Origin: Myxococcota bacterium
Lineage (GTDB): Bacteria; Myxococcota_A; UBA796; SXON01
NCBI GenBank assembly: GCA_040386535.1
Contig: JAZKFH010000027.1
Location: forward strand, 76,314-140,313
Direction of reading: 5' to 3'
DNA length: 64,000 nucleotides
Shown here: one piece after another, positions 50,360 to 63,855 of the stretch
Layout: each line of letters begins with the position of its first letter
Numbering within the stretch: the first letter of the stretch is position 1
Made by a program: the position numbers and the translations under genes
Notes under the pieces: model-generated
Told to the model about the DNA's origin: nothing
What the model saw: the letters and a program-made list of their open reading frames with translations, nothing else
Databases searched by the model: none

Positions 50360-50842
50360 CTAATATACGGCTTCGGACCCGAGCTTGACCGTCGGGTTGT
50401 ACAGGGGGCCGGCGTAGTACACGACGCGGTTGCTGTCGGCGTCGACATCGGAGGCGCCCGTCACACAGAAGACGGGGACGTCCGCGGCGTAGGTGGTGGG
50501 GTCCTGGTCACACTGGACGAGGGTGGCGCCGTACTGGCCGCGCACCTCGCCGTCGGGGCTCCAGCCGAGCCGGGTCCACTCGGTGCCGTTGGCGGTCCAG
50601 GTGGTCTGGGCCTTGGCGGGGGTGCCGGTGGGGGAGGTGGTGAGGGCGAGGTACTCGTCGAACTCCGCGTGGTAGCCGAGCTCGGCGGTCTTGATCCCGT
50701 CGACATTGGCGGGGAGCTCGGCGCGCTTGGCCTTGCTCTGCATCATGAGGAAGTTGGGGATCGCGATCGCGGCGAGGATCCCGATGATGGAGACGACGAT
50801 CATGAGCTCGACGAGAGAGAAGCCCTGTTGGACACGTCGCAT
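50360..50842 (-). CDS. pilA: Type IVa pilin, copy 3 (diverged paralog)
   Basis: MRRVQQG|FSLVELMIVVSIIG; same length (160 aa) and same Cys pair. Confidence 0.9.
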   Translation of the reverse strand: MRRVQQGFSLVELMIVVSIIGILAAIAIPNFLMMQSKAKRAELPANVDGIKTAELGYHAEFDEYLALTTSPTGTPAKAQTTWTANGTEWTRLGWSPDGEVRGQYGATLVQCDQDPTTYAADVPVFCVTGASDVDADSNRVVYYAGPLYNPTVKLGSEAVY

Positions 50843-50900
50843 CTGATCTCCGGGAAGGTTCGACGCCGCGGCAGACTACCGGGTTCGTTCTCCGGACGTC

Positions 50901-50916
50901 GGCAAGGGCCGTGCCA
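50901..50916 (-). promoter_or_regulatory. Sigma-54 promoter of pilA copy 3
   Basis: TGGCACGGCCCTTGCC. Confidence 0.85.
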
Positions 50917-50964
50917 GACTCGAGGGGCCGTTTCCGCCCGGAAAGAGGCGTTTTCGCCAGGAGG

Positions 50965-51013
50965 GTGACACTCCGCGTCACCTGGAGGGCTGCGGGAATC
51001 GTCACGTGACGTC
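50965..51013. promoter_or_regulatory. Candidate PilR enhancer, copy 3
   Basis: GTGAC-ACTCCGC-GTCAC ... AATCGTCACGTGACGTC. Confidence 0.68.
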
Positions 51014-51060
51014 CTGGGGCACCTCGGTGGGCACCCTGCCGCGCGGCCCCGGGCTCGCCG

Positions 51061-52483
<1,423 letters not shown>

Positions 52484-52494
<11 letters not shown>

Positions 52495-54010
52495 GCGGGG
52501 CCTCGCAGGGGAGCCACAGGTTGAAGCGGGTGCCGTGGGGATCGGCCGCGGTCACGGAGACGGAGCCGCCGTGGCCGTGCACGATCCGCTCGACCAGCAG
52601 GAGGCCGAGCCCCGTGCCGCCGCTGCGGGTGGTGTAGAAGGGGTCGAAGACGCGCGCGCGCTCCTCGGCGGGGATGCCGATGCCCTCGTCGGAGACGACG
52701 ATCGCGACGCCGGCGGCGCGTTCGGGCGAGGACGCGACGGGGAGCACGGACACGGTGACCTGCCCGCCGCGCGGCATGGCCTGGGCGCCGTTGAGCACGA
52801 GGTTCCAGAGGGCCTGGCGCACCCGGTCGGGATCGGCCTCGGCCACCGTCGGCGCACCCTCGCAGCGCACGCCGATCCGGGCCGCGTAGCGCGCGTCCCG
52901 CGTGAACGCCTCGCACACCTCGGTCGCGATGGCGTGTACGTCGATGGGGCGCGGCACCACCACGGGGCGCCGGGCCATGTCGAGGAAGTCCTCCACCAGC
53001 CGGTTGAGCCGCTCGGCCTCGATGAGGGCGAGGTCGGCGAGGCGCGAGGGACGCTCCTCCCGGATGAGCTGGAGCGAGCCGGACATGCTGGCGAGGGGGT
53101 TGCGGATCTCGTGCGCGAGGCTCGCCGCGAGCCGGCCGGCCTCGACCATGCGCTCATCCTGCCGCTTGGCCTCGCGCATGCGGGCGAGCTCGGTCACGTT
53201 CTCGAGCACCGCCACCCGGCCGCCGCGCGGGAGGCCGGCCGCCGTGCACACCCAGCGCTGGCCGTCGGGGCGCCGCTCCTCCCAGGTGCGGTCTCCGGCG
53301 GCGCCGATGCCGGGCAGCACCTCGGTGAGGGGCCTGCCGAGCACGTTCCCGAGCAGGTCGGTCGCGAAGGGGTTGAGACCCACGATCATCCCCGCGGCGT
53401 TCGCGGAGACGACGCCCGCGTGCACCCGGTCGAGCACCGTGTCGTGCTCCGTGGCGAGGATGCGGGAGGACTCCTGCTCCTCCACCAGCGCGGCGCCCGT
53501 GCGCGCGAGCAGCTCGCCGAGGTGCCCGGTGAGCCCCGCCATCAGGAAGAACGCGAAGATGCGGAACATGGCCTCGGACCACGCGAGGACCAGGCCCTCG
53601 TTCGTGGCGGGGAGCAGCTCCTCGTGGGCGACGAGCATCACGAGGAAGCCGACGGTGGCGAACCCGGCCGCCCACATCGCGCCCGGGCGCCGCAGCAGGT
53701 AGGCGCCCGCCCCGATGGTCGGGAAGTACAGGAGGGTGAAGAAGGAGTGGAGCCCGCCCGACATCTCCGAGAGAATGGAGACGACCACCACGTCGAGCGC
53801 GAGCTGGACGAGCAGGAAGGCGCGCGACACCACCCGGTCCCGCGTCGTGAACAGGAGGACCAGGAGGACGCCGAGCACGATGGCGACGACGCGGAACAGC
53901 GGGAGTGGCCGCGCGGCCTCGCCGTCGATCACCAGCCAGATCGCCCAGCCGAGCGTCGCGAGCGCTACCCCCAACCGGTAGACGTTGTAGCGCTGGAAGC
54001 TCGCGGACAC
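52484..54010 (-). CDS. pilS: Sensor histidine kinase PilS
   Basis: About 6 N-terminal TMs, PAS-like domain, LAHEIRNPL, NLVLNG, DEGIG and FDPFYTT..GTGLGL motifs. Confidence 0.88.
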
Positions 54011-54014
54011 GGCC

Positions 54015-55238
54015 CTACCCGACGTTCCCCGCCATCTCGAAGATCGGCATGTACATCGCGATGACAAGGCCGCCGATCACGATGCCCAGGAAGGCCATGA
54101 TCATCGGCTCGAGCATGGCGGTCAGGCCGTCGACGGCGGTGTCGACCTCGTCATCGTAGAAGTCGGCCACCTTGGTGAGCATCGTGTCGAGCGCGCCCGT
54201 GGCCTCGCCGACGCTGATCATCTGGCAGACCATCTGGGGGAACACCTTGGCCTCCATCAGCGGCTCGGAGATCGTGCGGCCCTCGCTGATGCTGATGGCG
54301 ACGCGCTCGATCGCGTTCTCGATGACCTTGTTGCCGGCGGTGCGCCCGCAGATGCCGAGGGCCTCGAGGATTGGCACGCCCGAGGAGATCATCGTGCCGA
54401 GCGTGCGGCAGAACCGCGCGACCGCCACCTTGGTGAGCAGATCGCCGAAGACGGGGAGCTTGAGCAGCAGGCCGTCGAGCATGACCTTGCCGCGCGGGGT
54501 CCTGTAGAAGCGCGCCGTGCCGAAGTAGGCCAGCGTGATGCCGACCATGACGTAGAGGAAGTTGGCCTGGAGCCACTTCGAGAGACCCATGACGATGAGC
54601 GTGGGCGCCGGGAGCGCGGACCCGAAGTCGGCGAACATGTCCTCGAAGGTGGGGACGACCTTGAGCAGGAGCAGTGTCACGACGGCGAACGCGACGATCA
54701 TGACGATGACCGGGTAGGACATCGCGCCCTTGACCTTGCGGATCAGCTTCTGGTTCTTCTCCAGGTAGGCCGCGAGGCGGGTCATGATCGTGTCGAGCAT
54801 GCCGCCCACCTCGCCGGCGGCGACGAGGTTGACGTACAGATCGTCGAACGTGCCGGGGAAGGTGCGCAGCGCGTCCCCGAAGGTGCTCCCGGACTCGACC
54901 TTCTCCTTCACCACCTTGAGCTGCGTGCGCAGCGTCGGGTTCTCGGCCTGGGTGGCCTGGATGTCGATGCACTGCACCAGCGGCAGGCCCGAGTCGATCA
55001 TCGTGGCGAACTGGCGGGTGAAGATGACGAGGTCGCGGATCTTGACCTTGGGCTTGAGGAAGTCGGGCGTGGGGATGTTGAACTGGATGTCCAACGCCGA
55101 CTTGGACTCGGTGAGTGTCGTCGTCTGGACGCGCATCTCCCGCAGGCGCTGACGGGCCCCGTTCAGGTCCGCGGCCTCGACCACGCCCTTCTTGGCTTCG
55201 CCGCCGGCCGTGCGCCCTTCGTATTTGAAGACAGCCAT
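54015..55238 (-). CDS. pilC: Type IV pilus platform protein PilC
   Basis: FTRQFATMIDSGLPL, AGEVGGMLD, GAMSYP, GEATGALD and AMYMPIF motifs. Confidence 0.95.
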   Translation of the reverse strand: MAVFKYEGRTAGGEAKKGVVEAADLNGARQRLREMRVQTTTLTESKSALDIQFNIPTPDFLKPKVKIRDLVIFTRQFATMIDSGLPLVQCIDIQATQAENPTLRTQLKVVKEKVESGSTFGDALRTFPGTFDDLYVNLVAAGEVGGMLDTIMTRLAAYLEKNQKLIRKVKGAMSYPVIVMIVAFAVVTLLLLKVVPTFEDMFADFGSALPAPTLIVMGLSKWLQANFLYVMVGITLAYFGTARFYRTPRGKVMLDGLLLKLPVFGDLLTKVAVARFCRTLGTMISSGVPILEALGICGRTAGNKVIENAIERVAISISEGRTISEPLMEAKVFPQMVCQMISVGEATGALDTMLTKVADFYDDEVDTAVDGLTAMLEPMIMAFLGIVIGGLVIAMYMPIFEMAGNVG

Positions 55239-55372
55239 CCGAGAAGCCTCCTACACCACCACCACGTCGCCCCGCGAAAAGGGGGCTTCCCCGATCCGAA
55301 CGTCGATCGGGAGTGTACAGGGGGTGGCCCGCACCGCACAAGGCCGATAGACGCCCGCCCCCTGGGGGATCC

Positions 55373-58174
<2,802 letters not shown>

Positions 58175-58181
58175 TCCGCGA

Positions 58182-58547
58182 TCACGACGCGAGCAGGAAC
58201 GCCACCGCGCCCGCGCTCACGAGCCGGCTCACGAGGAACACCGTGGTGTAGCGGCTCTCGGCCTTCTGGCGCACGAGCGCGATGGTGCCGAGCACGGCCT
58301 GCGCGACGATGGACGCGACGAGGATGCCGAGGATCACGAGGTGGCCGGGCACCTGGGGCGCGAGCCAGTACGCGACCGCGCCCGCGACGAGGGCGAGCAC
58401 CAGGGCGCCGAGGCTCAACATCCGGGTCTGGAGGAGCGCGGCCTCGATCCGCTCGCGGGACTCGGGGGCGAGCGCGCGGAGGGCCGCGATGTCGAGCACA
58501 CGGGCGACGACGATGACGGCGAGGGCGAGAAGGGCGACGAGATCCAT
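58182..58547 (-). CDS. Small hypothetical membrane protein (about 4 TMs)
   Basis: Hydrophobic ORF preceded by TACCCT-N6-ATG. Confidence 0.6.
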   Translation of the reverse strand: MDLVALLALAVIVVARVLDIAALRALAPESRERIEAALLQTRMLSLGALVLALVAGAVAYWLAPQVPGHLVILGILVASIVAQAVLGTIALVRQKAESRYTTVFLVSRLVSAGAVAFLLAS

Positions 58548-58586
58548 CGCGGAAGGGTAGCCCGGGCTCGACCGCGGGGCCGCCGG

Positions 58587-59489
58587 CTACGTCGGCGAGA
58601 GGGGCCCGAGTCGGGCGGCCGCGAGCGCGTCGACCACGCGTAGGACGTGCAGGAGGCGGGCCTCGGGGACGGGCGGGGGCGCGCCGTCGAGGATGCGGGC
58701 CACGGCGAGGGCGTGGTCGAGGGCGAAGAGGGGGCCCACATCGGGGACGGGCACGGGAACGTCGTCGCGGGTGATCACGGCGTCGACCTGGCGCCACGTG
58801 GCCGCGGGCGTGTGGAACGTGAGCGTGGTGCTCCGCGGGAGGCCGGGGCCGTGCCGGAAGTCGAGGTGCACGCGCGCGCCGGAGACGAGCTGGAGCGTGG
58901 CGTCGAGGCGGGCGATCGCGCCTTCCGACGAGGGGGTGACGGCGAGGACGGCGGCCACGGGCCCGGCCACGTCGACGAGGCGGTGGAGGCGGGCGTGGTT
59001 GTGGCGGGCGAGGGCGCCGGGGGCCTTGGAGGCTGCGGCCGGGGTGGGGGACGTGAACGTGACGGTGGCGGCGGTGACCTCGGCGGGGCGGACGGAGGCG
59101 CGGAGGACGACCGCGGCGCCGCCGAGCAGCTCGATGTGCTCCTCGTGGAGGACGCGCGGGCCGGCGTTGGCCGCGGCGCGCGCCGTGTCGAAGAGGCGCG
59201 CGGCGGTGTCGGCGTCGGGTGCCAGGGGGTACTCCACGACGACGTGGCGCCCGGCGGCGAGGACCGCGGCGACCTGCGCGGGGTGGGCCTCGGAGGGGCT
59301 GCAGACCGCGACCGCGTCGGCGGCGGCGATCGCGTCCTCCAGGGAGAGCGTCGGCACGCCGAGCGTGTTGGCGTGGCGGCCGCGGTGGACGGCGACCAGC
59401 ACGCAGCGGGGATCCGCCTGGATGGCATGCGCCCGGGCCCGGCCGGCGGTGCCAACCCCGATCACGGCCCACCGCAACGGGGCGGTCAC
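58587..59489 (-). CDS. Gfo/Idh/MocA oxidoreductase, biliverdin-reductase-A-like
   Basis: VIGVGTAG, HVVVEYPL, LHEEHIELLGG, RLHRL, GPGLPR and LFALD motifs; GTGA overlap with the ABC ATPase. Confidence 0.8.
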   Translation of the reverse strand: MTAPLRWAVIGVGTAGRARAHAIQADPRCVLVAVHRGRHANTLGVPTLSLEDAIAAADAVAVCSPSEAHPAQVAAVLAAGRHVVVEYPLAPDADTAARLFDTARAAANAGPRVLHEEHIELLGGAAVVLRASVRPAEVTAATVTFTSPTPAAASKAPGALARHNHARLHRLVDVAGPVAAVLAVTPSSEGAIARLDATLQLVSGARVHLDFRHGPGLPRSTTLTFHTPAATWRQVDAVITRDDVPVPVPDVGPLFALDHALAVARILDGAPPPVPEARLLHVLRVVDALAAARLGPLSPT

Positions 59490-60163
59490 CGGTCGTCCGC
59501 GACGATGCGGCCGTCCTCGATACGGACGCGGCGGGTGGCGCCGGCCGCCACGTTCGGATCGTGCGTGACCATCACGATCGTGCGCCCGCGGTCGTGCAGC
59601 TCGTGGAACAGCTGGAGGATCTCGGCGCCCGAGCGCGAGTCGAGGTTGCCGGTGGGCTCGTCCGCGCAGAGCAGATCGGGATCCGTCGCGAGCGCCCGCG
59701 CCACGGCCACGCGCTGGCACTGGCCGCCCGAGAGCTCCGTGGGGCGGTGGCCCACGCGGTCGCCCAGCCCCACCTGCCCGAGGATCTCGCGGGCGCGGGC
59801 CAGGCGCTTGTCCTGCGGCCACCCGGCATAGCGGAGGGGGAGGGCCACGTTCTCGTCTGCGCGCAGTAGCGGGAGGAGGTGGAACGACTGGAACACGAAG
59901 CCGATGCGACGGTTGCGCAGGTGCGCGAGCCCGGTGTCGTCGAGGTCCTCGACCGACGCGCCGTCGAACAGGTAGCTGCCCGCGTCCGGGCGCTCGAGGC
60001 CGCCGAGGACGGTGAGCAGGGTGGACTTTCCCGAGCCGCTCGGCCCGACCAGGGCCACGAACTCGCCCCGCTCGACGTCGAGGTCGACCCCGTCGAGCGC
60101 GCGGAGCGTGGTGCCGCCGGTGTGGTAGGCGCGGACGAGCCCGCGGACGGAGAGGAGCGGCAT
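59486..60163 (-). CDS. ABC transporter ATP-binding protein (MacB/LolD type)
   Basis: GPSGSGKST, IGFVFQSF, LSGGQCQRV, ADEPTGNLD and VTHD motifs. Confidence 0.93.
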   Translation of the reverse strand: MPLLSVRGLVRAYHTGGTTLRALDGVDLDVERGEFVALVGPSGSGKSTLLTVLGGLERPDAGSYLFDGASVEDLDDTGLAHLRNRRIGFVFQSFHLLPLLRADENVALPLRYAGWPQDKRLARAREILGQVGLGDRVGHRPTELSGGQCQRVAVARALATDPDLLCADEPTGNLDSRSGAEILQLFHELHDRGRTIVMVTHDPNVAAGATRRVRIEDGRIVADDR

Positions 60164-60428
60164 ACCCTTCGATAACCGCGCGGGTGCCGTGGAGGCGGGA
60201 GGGGAGCAACGCGGGCCGACGCGCGAGGGGACCGGAGGGCGGCCGCGCGCTCGGGCGCGGACGGTCCGGCGCGGCCCGGCGCGCCGACCGAGCGGAGCGA
60301 GCCCGTAGGGCACCGTCCCCGGCGTCCGCGCCGGTGGCGCGCCCCCCCCCTCCGATGGACCTGGACGGAGGGGTACCCGACGCGACGACCGCCGCCCGCG
60401 GCCACGAGCGGCGTACACTCCCGCCCCG

Positions 60429-62366
60429 ATGACTCCCGATCCGGTCGCCGCCGCCCCACCCCGCGTACCCGCGATCGCCTGGTCCCTCACGACCGGGCTT
60501 GCCGTCACGACGATCTGCGCCGTGTTGGCCCAGCCCGCCCCCGGCGCGGGCGACCAGGCCGAGCTCGCGGCCGTGGCGTGGTCGTGGGGGGTGGCCCACC
60601 CCACCGGCTACCCGCTGTGGACGCTGCTCGCGCACCTCTGGGTGGTGGCGTTGGGCGGCGTGGACCCGGCCACCGCGGTGGCGTGCCTCTCCGCCGTCTT
60701 CGCGGGGATCGCGGCCGCGCTCACGGTCGAGGTCGGCGCCGCCTTCGGCTCACGCGCGGCCGGCGTCGTCGCGGCGCTCCTGTTCGCCCTCTCGCCGGTC
60801 GCCTGGCAGCAGGCCACCCAGGTCGAGGTGTACCCGCTCTTCTTCGTCTTCCAGGCCGCCGAGGTGCTGGCGCTCCAGCGTGCGCTCATCGCTCGCGACG
60901 ACCGGGGGGTGCGGCGCGCGCTGCTGGCCGCCGCGGTCATCGGCGGGTTCGGCGCCACCCACCACCTGCTCATCGGGCTCCTCGTGCCCGCGGCCCTGCT
61001 CGTCGTCTGGGTGCGGCGCGCGGCGCTACGGCCCCGCGATCTGCTCGGCCTCGTCGGGCTCGCGGGGGCGCCGCTCGCGCTCTACGCGCTGCTGCCGTGG
61101 CGCGCCTCCACCGGGCCCGCGGTGAGCTGGCACCGCGTCACCACCTTCGACAAGCTGCTCGACCACGCGATGGGGCGGCAGTACCACGGCATCCTCGTCC
61201 TGGAGAAGGACGCGGGATGGGGGCCGATCCTGACCGCGATCGGAGGCCCCGTGGCGCTGGCGCTCTTGTCCGGGCTCGCGCTGGTCGCGCTCGTCCGCAT
61301 GCGGCCGCGCGGGTCGGCGCTCGTGCTGGTGGCCTACCTCGTGGCCGGCGGTGTGTTCGCGCTCAACTACCCCGTGGTCGATCAGGAGGTGTTCTTCCTG
61401 CCGTTCGTGTGGGCGTTGTGCCTCGCCGCCGCGCTCGGCGCCCGCGTGGTGTCCGCCCGCATGCCGGTCGCCGGGCTGCTGCTGCTCGGCCTGCCGCTCG
61501 TCCAGCTGACCAACGTGGCGCGGCTCGCGCCGGCCATGGCATCGCACGACGCGGCGCTCGCGATGCTCCAGGTCGCGCCCCGCGGCGCGGTCGCCTACCT
61601 CGCGGCCCAGGACGGCTTCACGCTGTTCTACCCGCTGCTCGTGCGCGGGCTGCGCCCCGACGTCGAGGGCGTCGATCCCGTGCTGGACGTGCGGCCACGC
61701 TACGCGCCCTACGTCGATCGCCTGCTCGGCGAGGCCCTGCCCGAGGGGCGCACGCCGACCGTGTGGGTGCTCGAGACGCTGCTGGCGACCGGGCTGCCCA
61801 TCGTCGTGCACCCGAAGGATCCGGTGGGCTCGCTCGACGAGGCGAAGGCGGCGCGGGTGCGCGCGGGCGTGATCGATTTCCTGGTTCCCGCGGGGGCGGC
61901 GCCAGGATCGCCGGGGCCCGCGTGTGGCGAGGTGCGGTTCGTCGGCGCGGTGCTGGGGCTGCCCTGCGCGCCGGCGGCGGACGTGGGCCCGCTCGCGGTG
62001 GTGGCGGCGCCGCTGACGTGGACCTCGGCCGATCCCGCGGGCCTGGAGCTCATCGTGGTGGACGCCGCGGCGGGCGAGGCCCTCCAGGGTGGCGGCGCGC
62101 GGCCCGTGTTGGGGGCGCCCGTCGGGATGGGCCGCCCGGTGGCGACGTTGCCGACGGATCGGGCGTGGGTGGACGCGCTCTGGGCCGCGGTGCCGCGCGA
62201 CACGCCGGCGGGGCCGCGGGGGTTGTGGATCGCGTTGCGGCGGGGCGGGGCGTGGGTGCCGCTCGATGTTGCGGGGGAGGCTCCCACGCAGGGGCCGTTC
62301 GTGCGGCTGCTCGCGTACACCGTGCGCGATGTGGCGGCGCCGCCGTTGTGGACGTTTCCGGATTGA
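60429..62366 (+). CDS. DUF2723/TMEM260-like GT-C glycosyltransferase
   Basis: GDQAEL..WGVAHPTGYPLW, WQQATQVEVY and THH motifs; many TMs; periplasmic C-terminus. Confidence 0.85.
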   Translation: MTPDPVAAAPPRVPAIAWSLTTGLAVTTICAVLAQPAPGAGDQAELAAVAWSWGVAHPTGYPLWTLLAHLWVVALGGVDPATAVACLSAVFAGIAAALTVEVGAAFGSRAAGVVAALLFALSPVAWQQATQVEVYPLFFVFQAAEVLALQRALIARDDRGVRRALLAAAVIGGFGATHHLLIGLLVPAALLVVWVRRAALRPRDLLGLVGLAGAPLALYALLPWRASTGPAVSWHRVTTFDKLLDHAMGRQYHGILVLEKDAGWGPILTAIGGPVALALLSGLALVALVRMRPRGSALVLVAYLVAGGVFALNYPVVDQEVFFLPFVWALCLAAALGARVVSARMPVAGLLLLGLPLVQLTNVARLAPAMASHDAALAMLQVAPRGAVAYLAAQDGFTLFYPLLVRGLRPDVEGVDPVLDVRPRYAPYVDRLLGEALPEGRTPTVWVLETLLATGLPIVVHPKDPVGSLDEAKAARVRAGVIDFLVPAGAAPGSPGPACGEVRFVGAVLGLPCAPAADVGPLAVVAAPLTWTSADPAGLELIVVDAAAGEALQGGGARPVLGAPVGMGRPVATLPTDRAWVDALWAAVPRDTPAGPRGLWIALRRGGAWVPLDVAGEAPTQGPFVRLLAYTVRDVAAPPLWTFPD

Positions 62367-62447
62367 TCCCGACCGACGCAGATTTGGATCGAGCGGCCCG
62401 CCGCGGGCGCCGAGGCGAATCGAGATCGGTCGGTATAAGGGGCACGG

Positions 62448-63842
62448 ATGCTCGCCTGGCTCTTGGTCGCGCCCGCCGCCGCGGAGGAGTGGACGCTCCG
62501 CGCCGCGCTCGACCACGCTCTGGCGCACAACGTGGAGCTGCGCCAGGACGGGCTCGATCTGCGCTCGGCCGAGGCCTCCGTGGTCATCGCCCGCGCCGAC
62601 CGCGGCCCGACCCTGTCCGCGGACGCGAGCGTGTCCGGCTACTTCGACCAGGCCTCGCCCGATCGCGCCGACGACGGCTCTGCGTGGAGCCTCGGCGTGT
62701 CCCAGCCGCTCCCGACGGGCGGCACCGTGTGGCTCGGCGGCTCGCAGGACCGCACGTTCGCGCGGCGGCTCACGCCCGACGCGTCCGTGTACAGCTTCAC
62801 CGGCCTCACGCTCGACCAGCCCCTGCTCGACGGCGCGTGGCGCTCGGCGCGGTACGCCACCGACAGCGCCCGCATCGGCCTGCGCGCCGAGGTGTTGCGC
62901 GCCCGCGACGCCCGCGAGCGCCTCGTGGTCGAGGTCGCCACCGCCTACTGGGAGCTCATCGCCGCGCGGGAGAGCACCCGCCTCGCCGTGCGCTCGGTCG
63001 AGATCGCGGAGACGCAGCTCTTGGAGACCCGCGAGCGCTTCGACGAGGGGTTCGCGGGCTCGGGTGACGTGCTCCAGCTCGAGCGCGCCCAGGGGGTGGC
63101 CCGCCAGAGCCAGGTGGTGGCCGAGTCCGCCGAGCGCGGGGCGGCGCGTCGCCTCGCACGCTTGATGGGATTGTCGCTGGAAGGGGCGCCTGTGCTGGTC
63201 CTCGTGGACCGTCCGGATCCCCCCGCCGCCGATCCCGATCCTGTCGCCGCCCTGGCCGAGGCGCGCGAGGCCAACGCCGCCTACCGCCTTGCCACCCTCG
63301 GCGTGGAAGACGCGCGGCGTGACCTCGCGCAGGCCCGCAGCGCCGCGCTCCCCGACCTGTCCGTGTCCGCGGCGGTCGGCCTGAGCGCGGACACCGTCGG
63401 CACCGGCGCGCTCGCCGCGCTCACGACGAGCCCGGATCGCGCCTGGGCGCTCGGCGCCAGCCTCACGGTGCCGCTGGCGTGGGCGGGGCCGCGCGCGGCG
63501 CTGGAGCAGGGGCGCATCGGCCTGTCCCGCGCGGAGCTCGACGCCGAGGCCGCGTGGCAGGATCTCGTGGCGCAGGTGCAGGCCGCGCTCGACGCGGTGG
63601 GCCGCGATCGGGTGCGCGTGGCCCTGGCCGAGCAGACCCGCCTCGCCGCCCAAGCCGGTTTGGCCGCGGACCAGGAGCTGTACCGCGAGGGCCGTGGCTC
63701 CACGCGGGACGTGGTGCGCTCGCTCGAATCGTTGGAGGAGGCGCAGGTGGCAGGTTTGGCGGCGCAGATCGACTTGCAGGCGTCGTTGTTGGCGCTCGCG
63801 CGGTTGCGGGGGCGAGTTTTGGAGGAGTTGGGGGTGGAGTAG
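62448..63842 (+). CDS. TolC-family outer-membrane efflux protein
   Basis: WTLRAALDHALAHN.EL, LDQPLLDG, VATAYW, ALPDLS and YREG.GS..DV motifs. Confidence 0.9.
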   Translation: MLAWLLVAPAAAEEWTLRAALDHALAHNVELRQDGLDLRSAEASVVIARADRGPTLSADASVSGYFDQASPDRADDGSAWSLGVSQPLPTGGTVWLGGSQDRTFARRLTPDASVYSFTGLTLDQPLLDGAWRSARYATDSARIGLRAEVLRARDARERLVVEVATAYWELIAARESTRLAVRSVEIAETQLLETRERFDEGFAGSGDVLQLERAQGVARQSQVVAESAERGAARRLARLMGLSLEGAPVLVLVDRPDPPAADPDPVAALAEAREANAAYRLATLGVEDARRDLAQARSAALPDLSVSAAVGLSADTVGTGALAALTTSPDRAWALGASLTVPLAWAGPRAALEQGRIGLSRAELDAEAAWQDLVAQVQAALDAVGRDRVRVALAEQTRLAAQAGLAADQELYREGRGSTRDVVRSLESLEEAQVAGLAAQIDLQASLLALARLRGRVLEELGVE

Positions 63843-63855
63843 GGTTGCGGTGGAG

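Noticed and set aside
48805..50842. Neisseria-like silent pilin cassettes or an invertible shufflon
   Set aside because: All copies have a leader peptide, RBS and promoter, all are in the same orientation, and there is no recombinase or inverted crossover site.
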